From the sequence record SRR22947727_1369: a stretch of 43,014 bases of DNA; one strand, written 5' to 3'. Made by a program: the position numbers and the translations under genes. Shown here one piece after another: positions 1 through 10,585 of the stretch (within the stretch, counting starts at the first letter, position 1; each line of letters begins with the position of its first letter). The notes under the pieces were generated by a model. The model worked only from the letters and a program-made list of their open reading frames with translations, was not told the DNA's origin and did not search any database.

Positions 1-1175
1 AAAAAACAGAAAATAAAGAAATAATACCAGCCTAAAAAATCAACAAAGTAACCGGTTGATGCATTAGTGAATGTTCTTGGTACAGAAGCAAGACTGCTAA
101 ATAATGCAAATTGTGTGGCAGTATATTTTGGGTTAGTCGCTCTTGCAATGAATGCTACAAAAGCAGTTGTTCCTAGACCGGCCGCAAAAAATTCTAATCC
201 AACAGTGATTGCTAAGACAGTATTATCATGTCCTACACTGGCCAACCAAGCAAAACTTAAAGTGGCAAACATTTGTAATAATCCAAAAATCCATAAGGCT
301 TTATTAATACCTAATTTAACCATCCATATACCGCCAATTATCCCACCAGCTATGCTTGTCCAAAGACCTGCATTTTTAGCAATAACGCCAATCTCTGTCA
401 TTGAAAAACCAAGATCTAGGTAAAAAGGGGTGGCAAGGGCGGTTGCCATACTGTCACCAATTTTGTAAAGAAAAATGAATAATAAAATTAGCAAGGCATT
501 GTTAATACCTTTTCTTCCTATAAATTCTTTAAATGGGTCAACGACCGCCTCTTTTAATGTTTTTGGTGGGGCTGATTTGAGTTTAGGTTCAGAAATTAAA
601 ATAGTGAGAATAATCCCAGGGATCATAAATAAACCCGTAACAGTAAATACGAATTCCCAAGAAAAGTAATCAGCCAATATTAAAGAAAGTGAACCAGGAA
701 CTAAGCTTGCAAATTTATATGCATTCACATGAACTGCATTTCCGAGTCCTAATTCTGGATCAAGAAGTAATTCTCTTCTGTACGCATCAATAACAATATC
801 TTGACTTGCACTAAAAAAGGCAATGCCTAAAGAAATGATGGCAATAGTCATAATCTGAGCTTTGGGATCAATAAATCCACATAAAGAAATTAAACAAAGC
901 AAAATGAGTTGAAAAATTATTAGCCATCCTCTTCTTCTTCCCATTGAAAGTGTGAAACGATCGAATAAAGGTGCCCAAATGAATTTCCATGCATATGGAA
1001 GTTGGATTAAAGCAAAAAGTCCTATGGCTTTTAAATCCAGTCCACTTTCATCAAGCCAAGCAGGAAGTAAGCTAATGAGAATAAATAAGGGTAAACCTGA
1101 AGTAAAACCAGTAAAAAAACAAATAACAATTTTTTTGGTAAGTAAATCTTTCCACTGGATATCTGTTTTTGTCAT
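1..1175 (-). CDS. ampG: AmpG muropeptide MFS permease (3' end runs off the window)
   Basis: Not in the ORF track. Manual minus-strand translation from ATG at 1175 gives MTKTDIQWKDLLTKKIVICFFTGFTSGLPLFILISLLPAWL..., with the AmpG motif SASQDIVIDAYRRE. The same frame at the window edge reads STGYFVDFLGWYYFF. Confidence 0.92.
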   Translation of the reverse strand, partial: MTKTDIQWKDLLTKKIVICFFTGFTSGLPLFILISLLPAWLDESGLDLKAIGLFALIQLPYAWKFIWAPLFDRFTLSMGRRRGWLIIFQLILLCLISLCGFIDPKAQIMTIAIISLGIAFFSASQDIVIDAYRRELLLDPELGLGNAVHVNAYKFASLVPGSLSLILADYFSWEFVFTVTGLFMIPGIILTILISEPKLKSAPPKTLKEAVVDPFKEFIGRKGINNALLILLFIFLYKIGDSMATALATPFYLDLGFSMTEIGVIAKNAGLWTSIAGGIIGGIWMVKLGINKALWIFGLLQMFATLSFAWLASVGHDNTVLAITVGLEFFAAGLGTTAFVAFIARATNPKYTATQFALFSSLASVPRTFTNASTGYFVDFLGWYYFFIFCF

Positions 1176-1185
1176 CTTTGGGTGT

Positions 1186-1785
1186 TTATTTTGAAACTAA
1201 TTTATATAAAGCAAAAGCTCCAAAAAAGTTAGGATAAAAATTAACGGATTTTTTATCAGTTAAGATTAGACGTTCTTTTACTTTAATTTTATTTTTTCTA
1301 CAAAAACTATCAAAATCATGAATTGTGCACAAATGTACGTTTGGAGTATCGTACCATTTGAATGGCAATTCTTTAGATACAGGCATATAACCTTGCAGAA
1401 TTTGTAAGCGATTTTTCCAATAGCCAAAATTTGGGAATGTTATCACTACCTCTTTTCCAACTCTCAACATTTCATGAATGATATCCTCTACGTTCCTCAT
1501 AGATTGTATAGTTCTCGACAAAATTACTAAATCAAATGATTTAGTTTCAAACCCAGCTAAACCTGCCTCTAAGTCCATTTGGATGACATCAATATTGTTT
1601 TTTAATGATAATAACCAATTCTCTGGATTTTTTTCAATGCCAAAACCTTTAATATTTTTTCTATATTTTAAATAATTTAATAAGCCTCCATCTCCACAAC
1701 CAAGGTCTAAAACTTTTGAATTTGAGTGAGTCCAATTTTCAATAATTGAAAAATCATATCTTGTCTTTTGATTAAAATTTTTCAT
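1186..1785 (-). CDS. metW: Methionine biosynthesis protein MetW (SAM-dependent methyltransferase fold)
   Basis: VLDLGCGDG motif I, TFPNFGYW and WYDTPNVHLCT; ATGA overlap with metX. Confidence 0.95.
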   Translation of the reverse strand: MKNFNQKTRYDFSIIENWTHSNSKVLDLGCGDGGLLNYLKYRKNIKGFGIEKNPENWLLSLKNNIDVIQMDLEAGLAGFETKSFDLVILSRTIQSMRNVEDIIHEMLRVGKEVVITFPNFGYWKNRLQILQGYMPVSKELPFKWYDTPNVHLCTIHDFDSFCRKNKIKVKERLILTDKKSVNFYPNFFGAFALYKLVSK

Positions 1786-2915
1786 TTTGATTTCAATGCT
1801 TTATTAAAATAAGATTTTATAATTTCATGGTAATGAACATCAGACATTAAAAAAGCATCATGCCCACTTGCAGCTGTAATTTCAGCATAACTTACCTCGA
1901 CATTATTGTCTAAAAGCCCCTTGACCATTTCTTTTGATCGACTTGGAGAAAATCGCCAATCACTAGTGAAAGAAATGACTAAAAATTTAGATTTAATTTT
2001 TTTAAAAACTTCACTTAGTTTTTTTTTGTTTTTATTTGTTGGGTCATAATAGTCTAAAGCCTTTGTCATGCGTATATAGGTATTAGCATCAAACTCTTTT
2101 GCAAATTTATCACCCTGATAATTTAAATATGATTCAATTTCAAATTCTGTTTCAAAATTGTATAGAAAATTTTTATTTTTTATTTTTCTTCCAAATTTAC
2201 TCCCCATAACATCGTTTGATAGATAGGTAATATGACCCAACATACGTGCAATTCTTAAACCACGCTTTGGCTTATTTTTATTTAAATAGAAATTACCTTT
2301 ATTGAAATCTGGATCTGTAATAATGGATTGCCTAGCAACTTCATTAAAAGCAATATTTTGAGCAGTAAGATTTGGTGCTGCAGCAATTATGACGGTATTA
2401 GAAACTTCATTCGGAAATTGTAGATTCCACTCTAATGCTTGCATACCACCTAAACTACCACCAATTACGGCAGATAGCTTTTTAATCCCTAGGGAATCAA
2501 TTAATGCTTTTTGTGTTTTGACCCAATCCTCAACAGTAATGATCGGAAAGTTTGCTCCCCAGGGTTTCTTTGTTTTTGCATTGATTGATTTAGGACCTGT
2601 ACTTCCTTCATTGCCTCCTAAATTATTAACACCAATGACAAAAAATTTATTAGTATTTAATGGCTTTCCTGGCCCAACAAGATTATCCCACCAGCCAGGA
2701 TATTTATCTGTTTTTTTATATTTACCAGCAACGTGTTGATTGCCAGTGAGTGCATGACAAACTAAAACTGCATTATCTTTAGCGGAGTTTAATTTTCCAT
2801 ATGTTTCATAAATAAGGTCATAATTATCAAGTGTTTTCCCACAAGATAATTTTATTGGGTCTGAGCATTTAAATGTTTTTGATTTTACAATCCCAACTGA
2901 ATTAATTTCTTTCAT
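1782..2915 (-). CDS. metX: Homoserine O-acyltransferase MetX
   Basis: HALTG, GWWD, GGSLGGMQ nucleophile elbow, FDAN, GHDAFL catalytic His. Confidence 0.96.
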   Translation of the reverse strand: MKEINSVGIVKSKTFKCSDPIKLSCGKTLDNYDLIYETYGKLNSAKDNAVLVCHALTGNQHVAGKYKKTDKYPGWWDNLVGPGKPLNTNKFFVIGVNNLGGNEGSTGPKSINAKTKKPWGANFPIITVEDWVKTQKALIDSLGIKKLSAVIGGSLGGMQALEWNLQFPNEVSNTVIIAAAPNLTAQNIAFNEVARQSIITDPDFNKGNFYLNKNKPKRGLRIARMLGHITYLSNDVMGSKFGRKIKNKNFLYNFETEFEIESYLNYQGDKFAKEFDANTYIRMTKALDYYDPTNKNKKKLSEVFKKIKSKFLVISFTSDWRFSPSRSKEMVKGLLDNNVEVSYAEITAASGHDAFLMSDVHYHEIIKSYFNKALKSK

Positions 2916-2942
2916 TTAGGAATTATACTATTTGAATCAACA

Positions 2943-3803
2943 TTAGACTTTTATTTTTGTTCCTGACGTTACTCTAATTTTTTGGTTAAGATCTTGGTAT
3001 TGTTTAATTTTGCAAAAAGACTTTTTTTGTAAATATTTTTTTACTTTTACTCCCTGATTATATCCATGTTCTATAAACAGCCTCCCTTCTACTTTTAAAA
3101 ATTTTGGGGATTCATCAATGATTTTAAAAATATCAGAAAATCCATTATCAGCTGAAACTAATGCATTTGATGGCTCAAATTTTAGTTCAGGATTTATTAA
3201 ATGAGGGTCATCTTTTGAAACATAGGGTGGGTTCGTCATTATAAGATCAAACTTTTCATTTTTTTTTATATTATTAAACCAGTCACTTTCTATAGAGTGA
3301 ATATTTTTAAGCTTATGTTGCTTAATATTTTTATTTGCAACCTGCAGAGCTTTTGACGATATATCTGTTACGGTTATTTTTGAATTTGGGAAAAGTTTTG
3401 ATAAGGTTATTCCAATTACTCCTGAGCCTGTTCCTAAATCAAGAATATTTAGTCTCGAATCTTTGTCGAATTGATTTATTGCTAAATCAATCATTAATTC
3501 AGTATCTTGTCTTGGTATAAGTGAATTTTTATTTAAAAAGAATGTTTCACCATAAAAATCCCATTCTCTTAAAATATACGCAAGAGGCTCTTTTTTGGAA
3601 CGCTTTTTGAGTATTTTTGAGATAAATTCATCTTCAGTTTTTTTTATTTTTGTTTTTTGGTTTGTTATGAGATATGAAATTGGTTTTTTTAGGACGAACT
3701 TTAAAATATGATTTGCTTCAATATTTGCTTCACGTTCATTTATTTGTATGTTTTCTTTTAAGTACCCGACAATTCTTTTTTGATGAGTATGAATTGAACA
3801 CAT
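2943..3803 (-). CDS. prmC: Release factor glutamine methyltransferase PrmC/HemK
   Basis: LIPRQDTE, LDLGTGSG, NPPY motif; directly downstream of prfA. Confidence 0.96.
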   Translation of the reverse strand: MCSIHTHQKRIVGYLKENIQINEREANIEANHILKFVLKKPISYLITNQKTKIKKTEDEFISKILKKRSKKEPLAYILREWDFYGETFFLNKNSLIPRQDTELMIDLAINQFDKDSRLNILDLGTGSGVIGITLSKLFPNSKITVTDISSKALQVANKNIKQHKLKNIHSIESDWFNNIKKNEKFDLIMTNPPYVSKDDPHLINPELKFEPSNALVSADNGFSDIFKIIDESPKFLKVEGRLFIEHGYNQGVKVKKYLQKKSFCKIKQYQDLNQKIRVTSGTKIKV

Positions 3804-3807
3804 TCGT

Positions 3808-4787
3808 TTATTCGTTTTCTATTTGTGCTAAAAGGTCTGCTTGGTGTTCTGCTGTTAATGCTTCAATTAATTCAGTTAAATCTCCATCCATTATGTAATC
3901 AACTTTATATAGCGTTAGGTTAATTCGATGGTCAGTTATTCTCCCTTGAGGGAAATTATAAGTTCTTATTCTTTCACTTCTATCTCCACTACCAATTAAT
4001 GATTTTCTCTCAGATGCAATCTGACTTTGTTGTTCTTTAATTTGATTATCTTTTATTCGTGCAGCAAGCACACTCATAGCTTGTGCTTTATTTCGATGTT
4101 GAGATCTATCATCTTGGCATTCAACTACGATTCCTGATGGTAGATGAGTAATTCTTACTGCTGAATCTGTTTTATTAATGTGTTGCCCTCCAGCGCCTGA
4201 TGCACGATATGTGTCAACGCGTATATCAGCAGGATTAATATCGACATCACTTATCTCATCAGCTTCTGGGAGAACTGCGACTGTGCAGGCTGAAGTGTGA
4301 ATTCTACCTTGAGTCTCTGTGTCAGGAACCCTTTGGACGCGATGCCCGCCAGATTCAAATTTTAACTTAGCATATACCCCAGAGCCCATTACCTTCATAA
4401 TCACCTCTTTATACCCTCCAACTTCAGATGAATTACTTGAAATAATCTCTATTTTCCAACCCATTCTTTCAGCATATCTTTGGGGATAAGTAGCTTAAGA
4501 AGCTCAGCTTCAACTGCCTCTATTTGAGTTTCACCTTGTTCAATTTCTTCCTGAGCAAATGCTTTCATTTCTGGATCACCAAGGAGTTCTTTGGCTTCAA
4601 TAATATCAAGGCTTACCTTTTGATATTTTTTATATATCTCTACAATTGGTGTAATTTCTGAATGTTCTTTAGAAATTTTTTTATACCTTTCCATATCATT
4701 TGTGACATTCGAATTACTTAATTCAGCGTTAAGATCATCAATTCTTTTAACCAAGGCTTCCAGTTTATCTTTCATTGATGTTTTCAT
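3808..4787 (-). pseudogene. prfA: Peptide chain release factor 1, split into two frames (4449..4787 and 3808..4464) by an internal deletion/frameshift; may be a sequence artefact
   Basis: The N-part ends ...LLIPKD and then goes out of frame. The C-part carries [26 protein letters not shown] (PxT, RF1-specific) and GAGGQH. The conserved segment between PKD and RYAE (E.[9 protein letters not shown].LF) is absent. Canonical hemA-prfA-prmC context. Confidence 0.9.
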
Positions 4788-6031
4788 TTTTTTTCTTCTT
4801 TAATGTTATATATTTTTTTTATGAATGATTCTATTTCAATATCTTGATTATTTTCCCTAATTACTGTTGTTGGCCCATGAAGGAATTTTTTTGTTAAATT
4901 ACTTGTCAATTTATTGATGACATCTTCAGAAGGAGAGCCCTCTCTTATTTTATTTTTTGCTTTTTTTGCTTCAATTAATGCAATTTTTTCAAATTGATTT
5001 CTTAAAATTTTGATAGTTGGAATATTTTTTGTTTGTTTAGATTTCTGATAAAAATCTTTTACTTGATTTTCAATAATAAGATTAGCCTTTTTTATAGCGC
5101 CTTCTCTATTTGTTACACCTTGCTGAGCTATATTTACAAGATCATCAAGGGTATAAAGAAATGCATCGTCTAATTTACTTACTTCTGATTCAATATCTCT
5201 CGGAATTGCCAAATCAACCAGCATTATAGGTTTAAACTTTCTTTTTTTTAGTGCTTGTTCGATCATGCCTAAACCTATTATGGGTAATTGACTCGCTGTA
5301 GAGCTTATTAAAATATCGTAATTATGAAGCTGATCATATATTTCACCAATTAAACAAGCTTCTCCCCCTACTTTCTTTGCCAAAGCCTCACCCTTTTCAA
5401 ATGAGCGGTTGGCAATTGAAATTTTATTAGGTTGATGTTTTTGAAAATACTTTGCACACATTTCACTTATTTCACCAGCCCCAACAAACATCACTTTTGT
5501 TTGGCTGATTTCCCCAAAGATTTTTTTTGCTATTGCAAGAGCGCATGAAGCAATTGTAGTTGGACTTGAGCCTATCTGAGTTTTTGTTCTAACTAATTTT
5601 GCAGTTTTAAAGACTTCTTGAAAAAAAGTGTTTATAAATTTTCCTTGAACTCCTGACTGATTTGCAATCTGTGAAGCTTGCTTCATTTGGCCAAAAATCT
5701 GTGTCTCTCCAATTAGCATGCTATCTAAGCCTGATGCGACCTTACAGGCATGTATATAACATTCTTGGTTTGAAAGTGAATAAAGATATTTTTTTAGTTC
5801 AGTAAATTTGACTTTATTAAAAGCAGCTAGCCACCGATAAATTTCTTTTGGTTCTTTAACACGAAAATATATTTCGGTTCTATTGCAAGTTGAAAGTATA
5901 AGTGCCTCAGCACCTGTTTTTAATTTTAAATCTTTAAGAATATGGCTAAGCATATCCTGAGAAAACACAAATTTTTCCCTAATTTCAATAGGTGCTGTCT
6001 TATGATTGAGTCCAATGAGATTTAATTTCAT
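4784..6031 (-). CDS. hemA: Glutamyl-tRNA reductase
   Basis: GLNHKTAP, LSTCNRTE (catalytic Cys), GLDSMLIGETQIFGQ, DLAIPRDIE. Confidence 0.97.
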   Translation of the reverse strand: MKLNLIGLNHKTAPIEIREKFVFSQDMLSHILKDLKLKTGAEALILSTCNRTEIYFRVKEPKEIYRWLAAFNKVKFTELKKYLYSLSNQECYIHACKVASGLDSMLIGETQIFGQMKQASQIANQSGVQGKFINTFFQEVFKTAKLVRTKTQIGSSPTTIASCALAIAKKIFGEISQTKVMFVGAGEISEMCAKYFQKHQPNKISIANRSFEKGEALAKKVGGEACLIGEIYDQLHNYDILISSTASQLPIIGLGMIEQALKKRKFKPIMLVDLAIPRDIESEVSKLDDAFLYTLDDLVNIAQQGVTNREGAIKKANLIIENQVKDFYQKSKQTKNIPTIKILRNQFEKIALIEAKKAKNKIREGSPSEDVINKLTSNLTKKFLHGPTTVIRENNQDIEIESFIKKIYNIKEEKK

Positions 6032-6134
6032 TATATTTATTCTGCTTGCTTACTTTATGGTTATTTCATTAAAAAAGGGTAAAATACGCATTTTACAATA
6101 ATTCGATTGAATTTAATTTGGGAACTTAGTATAT

Positions 6135-6833
6135 ATGGAAAAAACATTTAGAATTGCCCCTAGTATTTTGTCAGCTAATTTTGCGAAATTAGGACAAGAG
6201 ATAACAGATGTGATTACTTCTGGAGCAGATATTGTTCATTTTGATGTTATGGATAATCATTATGTTCCTAATTTAACCATTGGACCTTTGGTGTGTGAGG
6301 CTATCAGACCAGTTACAGATGCAATAATTGATGTTCATTTGATGATTGAGCCTGTTGATAGAATAATTCCTGACTTTGCAAAAGCGGGTGCAAATATAAT
6401 TACATTTCATCCTGAGGCTTCTAACCATATTGATAGAAGTTTATCAATGGTAAGAGATCTTGGATGTAAGTCTGGATTAGTTTTTAATCCTGCTACCTCA
6501 CTAGATTATCTTGACCATGTCATGGATAAAATTGATATGGTACTTCTAATGTCTGTTAACCCTGGGTTTGGTGGTCAAAAGTTTATCCCTCAAACTCTCA
6601 ATAAATTGAGATTAGCGAGAAAGAAAATAGATGATTATATGGAAAAGACAGGAAGAGAAATTTGGCTTGAAGTTGATGGTGGGGTAAATGCTGATAACAT
6701 CACTGAAATCGCACAAGCAGGGGCAGATACATTTGTCGCGGGTTCAGCAGTCTTTGGTGCAGCAAATGATAACGATCCTAATAGATACGAAACAATAATT
6801 CAATCTTTGAGAGCATCATTAGCAAAAGCATAA
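6135..6833 (+). CDS. rpe: Ribulose-phosphate 3-epimerase
   Basis: [40 protein letters not shown]. Confidence 0.97.
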   Translation: MEKTFRIAPSILSANFAKLGQEITDVITSGADIVHFDVMDNHYVPNLTIGPLVCEAIRPVTDAIIDVHLMIEPVDRIIPDFAKAGANIITFHPEASNHIDRSLSMVRDLGCKSGLVFNPATSLDYLDHVMDKIDMVLLMSVNPGFGGQKFIPQTLNKLRLARKKIDDYMEKTGREIWLEVDGGVNADNITEIAQAGADTFVAGSAVFGAANDNDPNRYETIIQSLRASLAKA

Positions 6834-6836
6834 GAA

Positions 6837-7505
6837 TTGGAAAAATTTTCTAATATAAAAGCCATTCTTTTTGATTTGGATGGCACTCTATTTCAAACAG
6901 ATCCTGAATTATCTGATGCTATTAATTTAATGCTTTCAGATTTAAAAATGCCTGGATTAAAAAAAGATAATATTAAAAATTTTATTGGCAAAGGCGCAAA
7001 AAACTTGATTGAGCAGTCTTTGCGTGCTGCTTTAAAAAAAGATCCAAGTCTTTTTTTAAAAAAAGCTGAACAATTATTTGAAAAACATTACTTAAAGATT
7101 GCAGCCAATAGCCAAATGTATGAAGGTGTAGAAAAAACTATTTATTATTTAAAAACGCAAGGAATTCTATTGGGATGTGTTACAAATAAACCTGGTATTT
7201 ATACCTCAGATTTAATGCATAAGTCAGGATTAAATGAATATATGGATATCATTGTGTCAGGAGATACAACAGAGAAAAAAAAACCAAATCCAATGCCTAT
7301 AACATATGCTCTTAATCAAATAAAAATAGAGCCTAAAGATGCGATTATGGTTGGAGACTCTTGTGTTGATATTGAGGCAGGTTTTGCAGCAGGCACATTT
7401 GTAATTACAGTCCCATATGGTTATCAATATGAGGAGTCAATTGTTTCTGATAAGGTAGATTATGCTTTATCTAATTTCAGTGAATTAAGTCAAATTATTA
7501 ATTAA
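6837..7505 (+). CDS. gph: Phosphoglycolate phosphatase (HAD family), TTG start
   Basis: FDLDGTL, VTNKP, KKPNP, MVGDS..D; rpe-gph-trpE synteny. Confidence 0.9.
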   Translation: MEKFSNIKAILFDLDGTLFQTDPELSDAINLMLSDLKMPGLKKDNIKNFIGKGAKNLIEQSLRAALKKDPSLFLKKAEQLFEKHYLKIAANSQMYEGVEKTIYYLKTQGILLGCVTNKPGIYTSDLMHKSGLNEYMDIIVSGDTTEKKKPNPMPITYALNQIKIEPKDAIMVGDSCVDIEAGFAAGTFVITVPYGYQYEESIVSDKVDYALSNFSELSQIIN

Positions 7506-7506
7506 A

Positions 7507-8997
7507 ATGCTTTCAACAATTTCTAAAGAAGAATTTGATATTTTAAAAAAAAGTGGGTTCAATAGAATCCCCTTAGTGCTTGAATGTTTTGCTGACTTAG
7601 ATACACCTTTATCTGTCTATTCAAAACTTGCAAACGATCGCTATAGCTATCTTCTTGAATCAGCCGATGGTGGCAATAAATATGGACGTTACTCAATTAT
7701 TGGTTTGCCAGCAAAAATTAGAATACAAATTAAAAAAAATATAATCTCAGTCTTTAATGAGGATAAATTATCGGAAGAAATAACTGACCAAAACCCTTTA
7801 GATTTTGTTGATGAATTTATGAGTCAGTTTAAAACTCCTCAAAATCTTGATTTACCAAGATTCTCGGGGGGGCTTGCGGGCTATTTTGGCTATGAGACTA
7901 TTCAATATATTGAGCCTAGGTTAACTAAAGAATTTTTAGACGATAAACTCGACCTCCCAGATATCCTTTTGATGCTTTCAGATGAAGTTGTTGTTTTTGA
8001 TAATGTAAGCGGTAAGCTTTATTTTGTTAATTATGTTGATGCAAATATCCCTAATGCCTATGAGGATGGTATTTCTAGACTTAAAGTGTTAGAAGAAAAA
8101 CTAAAACAAGGCCCTTCGCCATATCTTATTGAAGATAGTAAATTTGTTGATAACTTGACTGAAGTGAAGTCTGAATTTGGCGAAGAAAATTTTTTGAAAG
8201 CAGTTGAAAGGATAAAAGAATATATATTCGATGGTGATGCTATGCAGGTTGTTTTGTCGCAAAGGTTAAGTCAGACTTTTAAATCTAATCCATTGTCCTT
8301 ATATAGAACATTGAGAAATCTTAATCCTTCACCATATATGTATTTTTATAATATGGATGATCATTATGTTGTTGGGGCATCGCCAGAGATACTCGTTACT
8401 CTTGAAGGAGAAAAAGTGACTGTAAGACCAATTGCAGGAACTAGACCAAGAGGTAAAGATGAACATGAGGATGAGGCTTTAGAAAAAGATTTGCTGCAAG
8501 ACCCTAAAGAAATTGCTGAGCATGTTCAACTTATGGATTTAGGAAGGAATGACATAGGACGTGTATCTGAAACATCTTCAGTTAAAGTAACTGATCACAT
8601 GATTATTGAAAGATATTCACACGTAATGCATATTGTTTCAAATGTTGAAGGAAAGCTTAAAGAAAAACTTTCTGCAATGGATGTTCTGAAGGCAACATTT
8701 CCTGCCGGCACAGTAAGTGGAGCCCCTAAAGTAAGAGCCATGGAAATAATTAATGAACTTGAATCATCGAAAAGAGGAGTTTATTCTGGTGCTGTGGGTT
8801 ATATTGGGTTTGATGGAGATATGAACGTTGCAATTGCAATTAGAACGGCAGTTATAAAGAACCAAACACTTTTTGTCCAGGCAGGAGCGGGCATAGTTTC
8901 AGATTCAGTCCCAATCAATGAATGGGTAGAAACACAAAACAAAGCTAAAGCAATTTTGAAAGCGGCCGAGTTAGTTCAAGCAAGGATAATGGAGTAA
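7507..8997 (+). CDS. trpE: Anthranilate synthase component I
   Basis: LLES, NPSPYM, PIAGTRPRG, EHVQLMDLGRND, PAGTVSGAPK. Confidence 0.97.
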   Translation: MLSTISKEEFDILKKSGFNRIPLVLECFADLDTPLSVYSKLANDRYSYLLESADGGNKYGRYSIIGLPAKIRIQIKKNIISVFNEDKLSEEITDQNPLDFVDEFMSQFKTPQNLDLPRFSGGLAGYFGYETIQYIEPRLTKEFLDDKLDLPDILLMLSDEVVVFDNVSGKLYFVNYVDANIPNAYEDGISRLKVLEEKLKQGPSPYLIEDSKFVDNLTEVKSEFGEENFLKAVERIKEYIFDGDAMQVVLSQRLSQTFKSNPLSLYRTLRNLNPSPYMYFYNMDDHYVVGASPEILVTLEGEKVTVRPIAGTRPRGKDEHEDEALEKDLLQDPKEIAEHVQLMDLGRNDIGRVSETSSVKVTDHMIIERYSHVMHIVSNVEGKLKEKLSAMDVLKATFPAGTVSGAPKVRAMEIINELESSKRGVYSGAVGYIGFDGDMNVAIAIRTAVIKNQTLFVQAGAGIVSDSVPINEWVETQNKAKAILKAAELVQARIME

Positions 8998-9000
8998 CTT

Positions 9001-9570
9001 ATGTTATTAATGATAGATAACTATGATTCTTTTACTTATAACTTAGTCCAATATCTTTCAGAAATTGGACAAGAAGTAAAAGTTTATCGAAATGATAAAA
9101 TTACTATTGAGGAAGTTAATAAACTTAATCCAAAGTATATAGTTATATCACCTGGGCCATGTACCCCTAATGAAGCGGGAATTTCTCTTGAATTAATAAA
9201 TTCTTTCAAAGGCAAAGTACCTATTTTAGGTGTTTGCTTAGGACATCAATCGATTGGCCAGGTTTTTGGTGGAAAAATAATTCATGCCCAAACTATAATG
9301 CATGGTAAGACGTCGCAAATATTTCATGAAAATACAGGGGTTTTTAATGGAATTAAAAGTCCATTTACTGCAACAAGATATCACTCATTGGTCATTGATA
9401 AGAAATCATTACCGGATTGTTTTGATATCACAGCTTGGACAGATGATAATGAAATTATGGGAATCAAACATAAAGATTTGCCAATTGAAGGAGTACAGTT
9501 TCATCCAGAATCTATATTGAGTGAGTATGGGCATGATTTGTTAAAAAACTTTTTAGATCAAAATGAGTAG
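9001..9570 (+). CDS. trpG: Anthranilate/aminodeoxychorismate synthase component II (glutamine amidotransferase)
   Basis: [32 protein letters not shown]. Confidence 0.96.
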   Translation: MLLMIDNYDSFTYNLVQYLSEIGQEVKVYRNDKITIEEVNKLNPKYIVISPGPCTPNEAGISLELINSFKGKVPILGVCLGHQSIGQVFGGKIIHAQTIMHGKTSQIFHENTGVFNGIKSPFTATRYHSLVIDKKSLPDCFDITAWTDDNEIMGIKHKDLPIEGVQFHPESILSEYGHDLLKNFLDQNE

Positions 9571-10585
9571 AAATTTTACAGCTATAATCAACTCCCTTAT
9601 TAACAAAGAAGACGTATTTTTTGATGATATGCAACAAGCTATGCATCAAATAATGAGCGGAGAAATAAATCCAATACAAATTGCGGGTTTTATGGTTGCG
9701 CTTCAAGCCAAAGGGCCCACAGTTGATGAAATAACTGCGGCAGCTGGAGTCATGAGAGAAGCTTCAAACAAGGTAAATATATCTCATAAAAAGAATTTAA
9801 TTGATACTTGTGGGACAGGCGGTGATAGCCTTCAGACATTCAATGTCTCTACAATTTCTGCAATTGTTGCAGCAGCAGGTGGCGCAATCGTTGCAAAACA
9901 TGGAGGTCGCTCAGTTTCCTCAAAATCTGGAAGTGCTGATGTACTAGAATCATTAGGAGTGAATGTAAATTTAAATTTTTCCCAGTTAGGAAAACTTGTC
10001 GATAATATTGGAATTGGATTTATGTTTGCTCCAAATTATCACCCTGCAATGAAACATGTAGCCCCCGTAAGAAAAGAATTAAAGCTAAGAACTATTTTTA
10101 ATTTACTTGGCCCATTGACTAATCCTGCTTCTGCACAAAATCAAATCGTAGGCGTTTATAGTAAAGAATTAACTTATGTTTTTGCGGAAGTTTTAAAAAA
10201 ACTTGGAAGTCAACATGTACTTGCTGTTCATGGTGCTGACGGTATGGATGAAATTTCAATTACAGGTAAAACATATATTGCTGAACTTAAAAATGGCAAT
10301 ATTAATGAATACCAATTTGATCCAACAGAGTATGGCTTTAATCTTGGAAAAATTGAAGATATTGAAGTGGCTGATATTAAAGGCTCTAAAGAAATGATGC
10401 TGGGCATTTTAAATGGAGATAAAAATACAGCGCGCGACATCACAATTTTAAACTCAGGCGCAGCACTTTATGTTTCTGGAATTTGTTCAGACTTTGAGTC
10501 TGCATTTCAGGTTTCTAGAAAAATGATTGACGAAGGTCATGCACAAAAAAAACTTAACCAATTGATTAAGACATCTAATGAGTAA
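9563..10585 (+). CDS. trpD: Anthranilate phosphoribosyltransferase
   Basis: [38 protein letters not shown]. Confidence 0.97.
   Translation: MSRNFTAIINSLINKEDVFFDDMQQAMHQIMSGEINPIQIAGFMVALQAKGPTVDEITAAAGVMREASNKVNISHKKNLIDTCGTGGDSLQTFNVSTISAIVAAAGGAIVAKHGGRSVSSKSGSADVLESLGVNVNLNFSQLGKLVDNIGIGFMFAPNYHPAMKHVAPVRKELKLRTIFNLLGPLTNPASAQNQIVGVYSKELTYVFAEVLKKLGSQHVLAVHGADGMDEISITGKTYIAELKNGNINEYQFDPTEYGFNLGKIEDIEVADIKGSKEMMLGILNGDKNTARDITILNSGAALYVSGICSDFESAFQVSRKMIDEGHAQKKLNQLIKTSNE

Noticed and set aside
67-1194. Plus-strand ORFs 67..423, 475..669 and 952..1194
   Set aside because: Antisense shadows of ampG, which the ORF track missed because it runs off the window.
4449-4490. prfB-style programmed +1 frameshift
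   Set aside because: The protein has the RF1 PxT motif rather than SPF, there is no CTT-TGA-C site, and about 32 conserved codons are physically missing.
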